Assembly (NCBI GenBank): GCA_003166335.1
Contig: PMWA01000051.1
Span: 1 to 10,669 of the forward strand
Direction: 5' to 3'
Length of the DNA stretch: 10,669 nucleotides
From: Methanobacterium sp.
GTDB lineage: Archaea; Methanobacteriota; Methanobacteria; Methanobacteriales; Methanobacteriaceae
Shown here: positions 7,295-10,669 of the stretch, piece after piece
How positions within the stretch are numbered: the stretch's first letter is position 1
Layout of the letters: the number at the start of each line of letters is the position of its first letter
The notes under the pieces: model-generated
Seen by the model: only the letters and a program-made list of their open reading frames with translations
Database searches by the model: none
What the model was told of the DNA's origin: nothing
Program-made: the position numbers and the translations under genes

Positions 7295-9247
7295 ATGCCA
7301 GAGAAAAATGATGATAAAACAAAATTAGAAAATGAAGAATTCTATGAATGCCCTTACTGTACAATAAATTTAATGGAAGAGAAAGAATCAGAAAGACGTA
7401 CTCCACTAATAATAATAACTATATCTACAATAATCCTGGCGTTAGGTTTATATTTAGGCTTTATATTAGGTCAACAATTAATTTCCCAAATATTATTCCT
7501 CGCAGTTGCAGCCATATCCGGTTATGAAACCATTAAATATGGAATATTATCCATATTAAAAGGCCGTTTCACCATAAGCATTCTAATAACCATCGCTGCA
7601 GTAGGAGCTTTTTCAATAGGACAAGGAGCAGAAGGAGCATCTGTACTATTTTTATATTTTATCGCTGAATTTTTAGAAGATTATGCAAGTGAAAGGGCTA
7701 GAAATTCAATTGGAGCCCTTGTTAAACTCGCGCCTGAAACCGCCCTAGTAATAAGGGATGGTAAAAACATCAAAGTCCACGCCCACGCCGTACAGGTGGA
7801 TGAAATAATAGTTGTTAAACCTGGCGATAAAATACCTTTAGATGGTGAGGTAACTAAGGGCGTATCATCAGTTAATCAAGCGGCAATAACGGGTGAGAGC
7901 ATTGCTGTAACTAAATCTGTAGGAGATGAGGTTTTCGCAGGAACCATAACTGAAGAAGGATATCTAGAAGTTAAAGTCACTAAAAGATCTGATGAAACAG
8001 TCATCTCTAAAATAATAGAATTAGTGAAAGATTCTCAAAAAAGAAAATCCAATACAGAGGCCTTTATTGACCGGTTTGCAGGTTATTACACTCCCATGGT
8101 AATAGTTCTTGCCATGATTGTAGCCATAGTACCACCATTCATCTGGGGACTGTCATTTGATACCTGGTTTTACCGAGCGCTGGTTCTTCTGGTGGTTTCA
8201 TGTCCATGTGCACTGGCCATATCTACACCAGTAGCCATGGTTTCAGGCATAACCGCCGGCACTAAAAATGGAGTTCTAATTAAAGGCGGTGAATATGTTG
8301 AAGAAATGCAAAATACCAAAATAATGGTCTTCGATAAAACAGGCACCCTTACAGAAGGAAAATTAAAAGTGACGGATATTATTTCCTTAAATGGTTACTC
8401 AAAGGATGAAATATTACAAATAGCAGCATCTTTAGAATCTAAATCGAAACATCCTCTTGCTGAAGCTGTATTACGATATGTTGAGGAATCAGAAATTGAA
8501 TTTATGGATGTAAATGATTTTGAATCCATTCCCGGGAAAGGATTAAAGGGAAAAATTAATGATAAAGAATTTTATATAGGCACTAAGAGTTTATTTAAAG
8601 AGAATATCAAATTTCCCGATGATTTAATAGAGAATTTTGAAATTCAGGGTAAAACTACTATAATTGTTAGTGAACAAGAACATATCATCGGTTTAATAAG
8701 TTTAATGGATACTATCAGGGATCTTTCCAAAAGTACTATTAAAGAACTGAAGAATAGGAATATTAAAACTGTAATGTTAACTGGAGATAATGAAGGTACT
8801 GCACACGCAGTAGCATACGAAATTGGTGTTGATGACTATTATGCAAACTTATTGCCAGAAGATAAGGTTAAAGTTGTCGATGGATTACTAGTTGAATATG
8901 AACATGTGGGGATGGTTGGTGATGGTGTAAATGATGCACCAGCACTTGCCAGATCCAATGTAGGTGTAGCCATGGGCGCGGCGGGCTCGGATGTGGCTAT
9001 TGAAACCGCTGATATTTCACTTATGCACGATGACATTTCCAAAGTAAACTACCTGATTGATTTAAGCAAAAAAACTATGGATGTGGTTAAAGAAAATGTA
9101 TCAGTATCCATTTTAGTTAAGACTTCCTTTGCAATACTAGCAGTAATCGGATTGATTACTCTGTGGATGGCTGTTGCCTTTGGTGACATGGGTTTAAGCT
9201 TGGCAGTTATACTAAACTCAATCCGAATTGGACGCAATCGAATCTGA
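7295..9247 (+). CDS. cadA: Heavy-metal-translocating P1B-type ATPase, P1B-2 (Zn/Cd/Pb) type
   Basis: 650 aa with TGES, SCPCAL, DKTGT, SKHP, MLTGDN and GDGVNDAP motifs. Lys in the penultimate helix (ILVK) and Asp in the last helix (GDMG) are P1B-2 signatures. N-terminal CPYC. Confidence 0.93.
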   Translation: MPEKNDDKTKLENEEFYECPYCTINLMEEKESERRTPLIIITISTIILALGLYLGFILGQQLISQILFLAVAAISGYETIKYGILSILKGRFTISILITIAAVGAFSIGQGAEGASVLFLYFIAEFLEDYASERARNSIGALVKLAPETALVIRDGKNIKVHAHAVQVDEIIVVKPGDKIPLDGEVTKGVSSVNQAAITGESIAVTKSVGDEVFAGTITEEGYLEVKVTKRSDETVISKIIELVKDSQKRKSNTEAFIDRFAGYYTPMVIVLAMIVAIVPPFIWGLSFDTWFYRALVLLVVSCPCALAISTPVAMVSGITAGTKNGVLIKGGEYVEEMQNTKIMVFDKTGTLTEGKLKVTDIISLNGYSKDEILQIAASLESKSKHPLAEAVLRYVEESEIEFMDVNDFESIPGKGLKGKINDKEFYIGTKSLFKENIKFPDDLIENFEIQGKTTIIVSEQEHIIGLISLMDTIRDLSKSTIKELKNRNIKTVMLTGDNEGTAHAVAYEIGVDDYYANLLPEDKVKVVDGLLVEYEHVGMVGDGVNDAPALARSNVGVAMGAAGSDVAIETADISLMHDDISKVNYLIDLSKKTMDVVKENVSVSILVKTSFAILAVIGLITLWMAVAFGDMGLSLAVILNSIRIGRNRI

Positions 9248-9302
9248 ATTTAATTTAAAATTATAAATAACTTTTTTTAAAGATAAAAAAGATGATGATG
9301 AT

Positions 9303-9842
9303 ATGGATTTTATAACAATTATTTTGATAGCTGTAGGGCTTGCTAGTGATGCTTTTTTTGTTGCCATGACTAAAGGTATGGTAATAAAATCTACAGTTAA
9401 ACATGGTTTAATCATTGCAATACTTTTTGGTGGATTTCAAGCAATAATGACAATATTAGGATGGATCTTAGGAATACCATTAGAAACATTCGTTTCAACA
9501 TTAGCGCCTTGGATAGCATTTATTTTAATCTCAGCAGTAGGCATTAAAATGATTTATGAATCCTTTTCAGATGATAAAGACGATAATAATAATTTTTACT
9601 TAAACGAAATATTCATCTTGGCAATTGCAACCAGCATTGATGCATTTGTAGTGGGAATATCATTTGCATTATTAAAAACGCCAATATTAGAGCCTTTTAT
9701 TATAATAGGTTTTATGGCTTTTGCGTTATCATTTATCGGAGTCTATCTTGGTAAAAAATTAGGACATTTATTCGGACAAGAAATAGAAATCCTCGGAGGC
9801 GTAATATTAATTGGAATAGGATTATATTTACTAATAATGTAA
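9303..9842 (+). CDS. mntP: MntP-family (DUF204) manganese efflux pump
   Basis: 179 aa with two repeated halves carrying GLASDAFFV and LAIATSIDAFVVG, plus FGGFQAIM and the C-terminal EILGGVILIGIG motif. Confidence 0.9.
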   Translation: MDFITIILIAVGLASDAFFVAMTKGMVIKSTVKHGLIIAILFGGFQAIMTILGWILGIPLETFVSTLAPWIAFILISAVGIKMIYESFSDDKDDNNNFYLNEIFILAIATSIDAFVVGISFALLKTPILEPFIIIGFMAFALSFIGVYLGKKLGHLFGQEIEILGGVILIGIGLYLLIM

Positions 9843-10312
9843 AAATAAACATTACAAATTTTTATAATAAAAAAAATTAGCTTAAAACATTAGATTCACT
9901 AACTTTAACTAATATTAAATTAATAAATATGTTAAAAGTAGGATTTAAACTGATTTTTTAATAATCAGAATTTAAATGTAGTGATTATTAATTTAATTAT
10001 GAAAAACCTACTCTTCAAACCCTATGATTAGTTTTAAATGCTCTATATATCTTAAAGAGTAATTAACCATCTAATAATCCTATTTTCTTTATAATAAATT
10101 TTAAATACGATTATTTTAGACATAAAAGGATGATCATCGTTTAAATTATTTAAAGAGACTAATTTTTCGGGAAATAAAGTTTCAAATAACTTAATTAGTT
10201 AAAAATACACTTGAAGAAGGATCATCCAAATTAGACTATCAATTAAAATTCGTAAATAGAGTTAAATCTTAAAAAGAAATCTAAAACGTCCCATTTTACC
10301 TAAAATTTAAAA

Positions 10313-10327
10313 CGAAACCTTTATAAG
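10313..10327 (+). promoter_or_regulatory. BRE + TATA for the terminal secreted-protein gene
   Basis: CGAAA-CC-TTTATAAG upstream of the ORF. Confidence 0.6.
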
Positions 10328-10373
10328 TAATCATTATATTATAATAGCCAGCATTCCAGATAGGGTTCAAAAA

Positions 10374-10669
10374 ATGAATCCAATTATTCTGGATACGGAG
10401 GCGGTATTAATTAATAATAAATTGATCATACCAGTGATAATGCTAATTGCAATAGCACTGCCATTGACTGCAATCACAGTTTTCGCAACCACAAGTACAA
10501 ATTCAACTCATATAAAAACGAATAATACAAATACAACAGCAAAATTAAATGCAATAGGACAACAAGAAGCACAATACCAAGATGTTCAAGGAGCTTCTGA
10601 TGTTAATTCACTTACTAAATTAGGATACGGGGATTGTTGGGCTGATTCAACATGGTTATACGACCAACT
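10374..10669 (+). CDS. Secreted protein with transglutaminase-like GDCW motif, partial (true start may be ATT at 10410)
   Basis: Open frame to the window end: ...NNKLIIPVIMLIAIALPLTAITVFA|TTSTNSTHIKTNNTNTTAKLNAIG...LGYGDCWADSTWLYDQL. It has a signal peptide, a T/N-rich linker with N-x-T sequons, and a G-D-C catalytic-Cys-like motif. GGAGG at 10397-10401. Confidence 0.8.
   Translation, partial: MNPIILDTEAVLINNKLIIPVIMLIAIALPLTAITVFATTSTNSTHIKTNNTNTTAKLNAIGQQEAQYQDVQGASDVNSLTKLGYGDCWADSTWLYDQ

Noticed and set aside
8839..9415. Three short - strand ORFs (67, 62 and 65 aa)
   Set aside because: Shadows of cadA and mntP.
9943..9977. Imperfect inverted repeat downstream of mntP
   Set aside because: Almost entirely A/T; could be a terminator but cannot be distinguished from chance.

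Overview
AT-rich archaeal DNA. The BRE/TATA promoters, GGTGA/GGAGG ribosome-binding sites and gene repertoire point to a Methanobacterium-like methanogen (inference). The left end holds the 5' part of a membrane-anchored multi-PAS sensor gene (- strand, runs off the window, missing from the ORF track). The centre is a ~7.3 kb metal-homeostasis cluster: a 66-aa Met-rich protein; a soluble MgtE-N/CBS protein and an Nramp-related transporter in one operon behind two perfect TTAGG-N4-CCTAA (DtxR/SirR/MntR-type) palindromes; a CadC-like ArsR/SmtB repressor; a divergent promoter with an SmtB/CadC-type 12-2-12 operator; a P1B-2 (Zn/Cd/Pb) ATPase; and MntP. The 320-bp gap before the ATPase hides a heavily decayed second arsR/cadC gene. 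A possible 37-aa membrane peptide with an ATA start lies downstream of the Nramp gene. The right end holds the start of a secreted protein with a GDCW transglutaminase-like motif, probably initiated at ATT. No rRNA, tRNA, CRISPR or IS element was seen.
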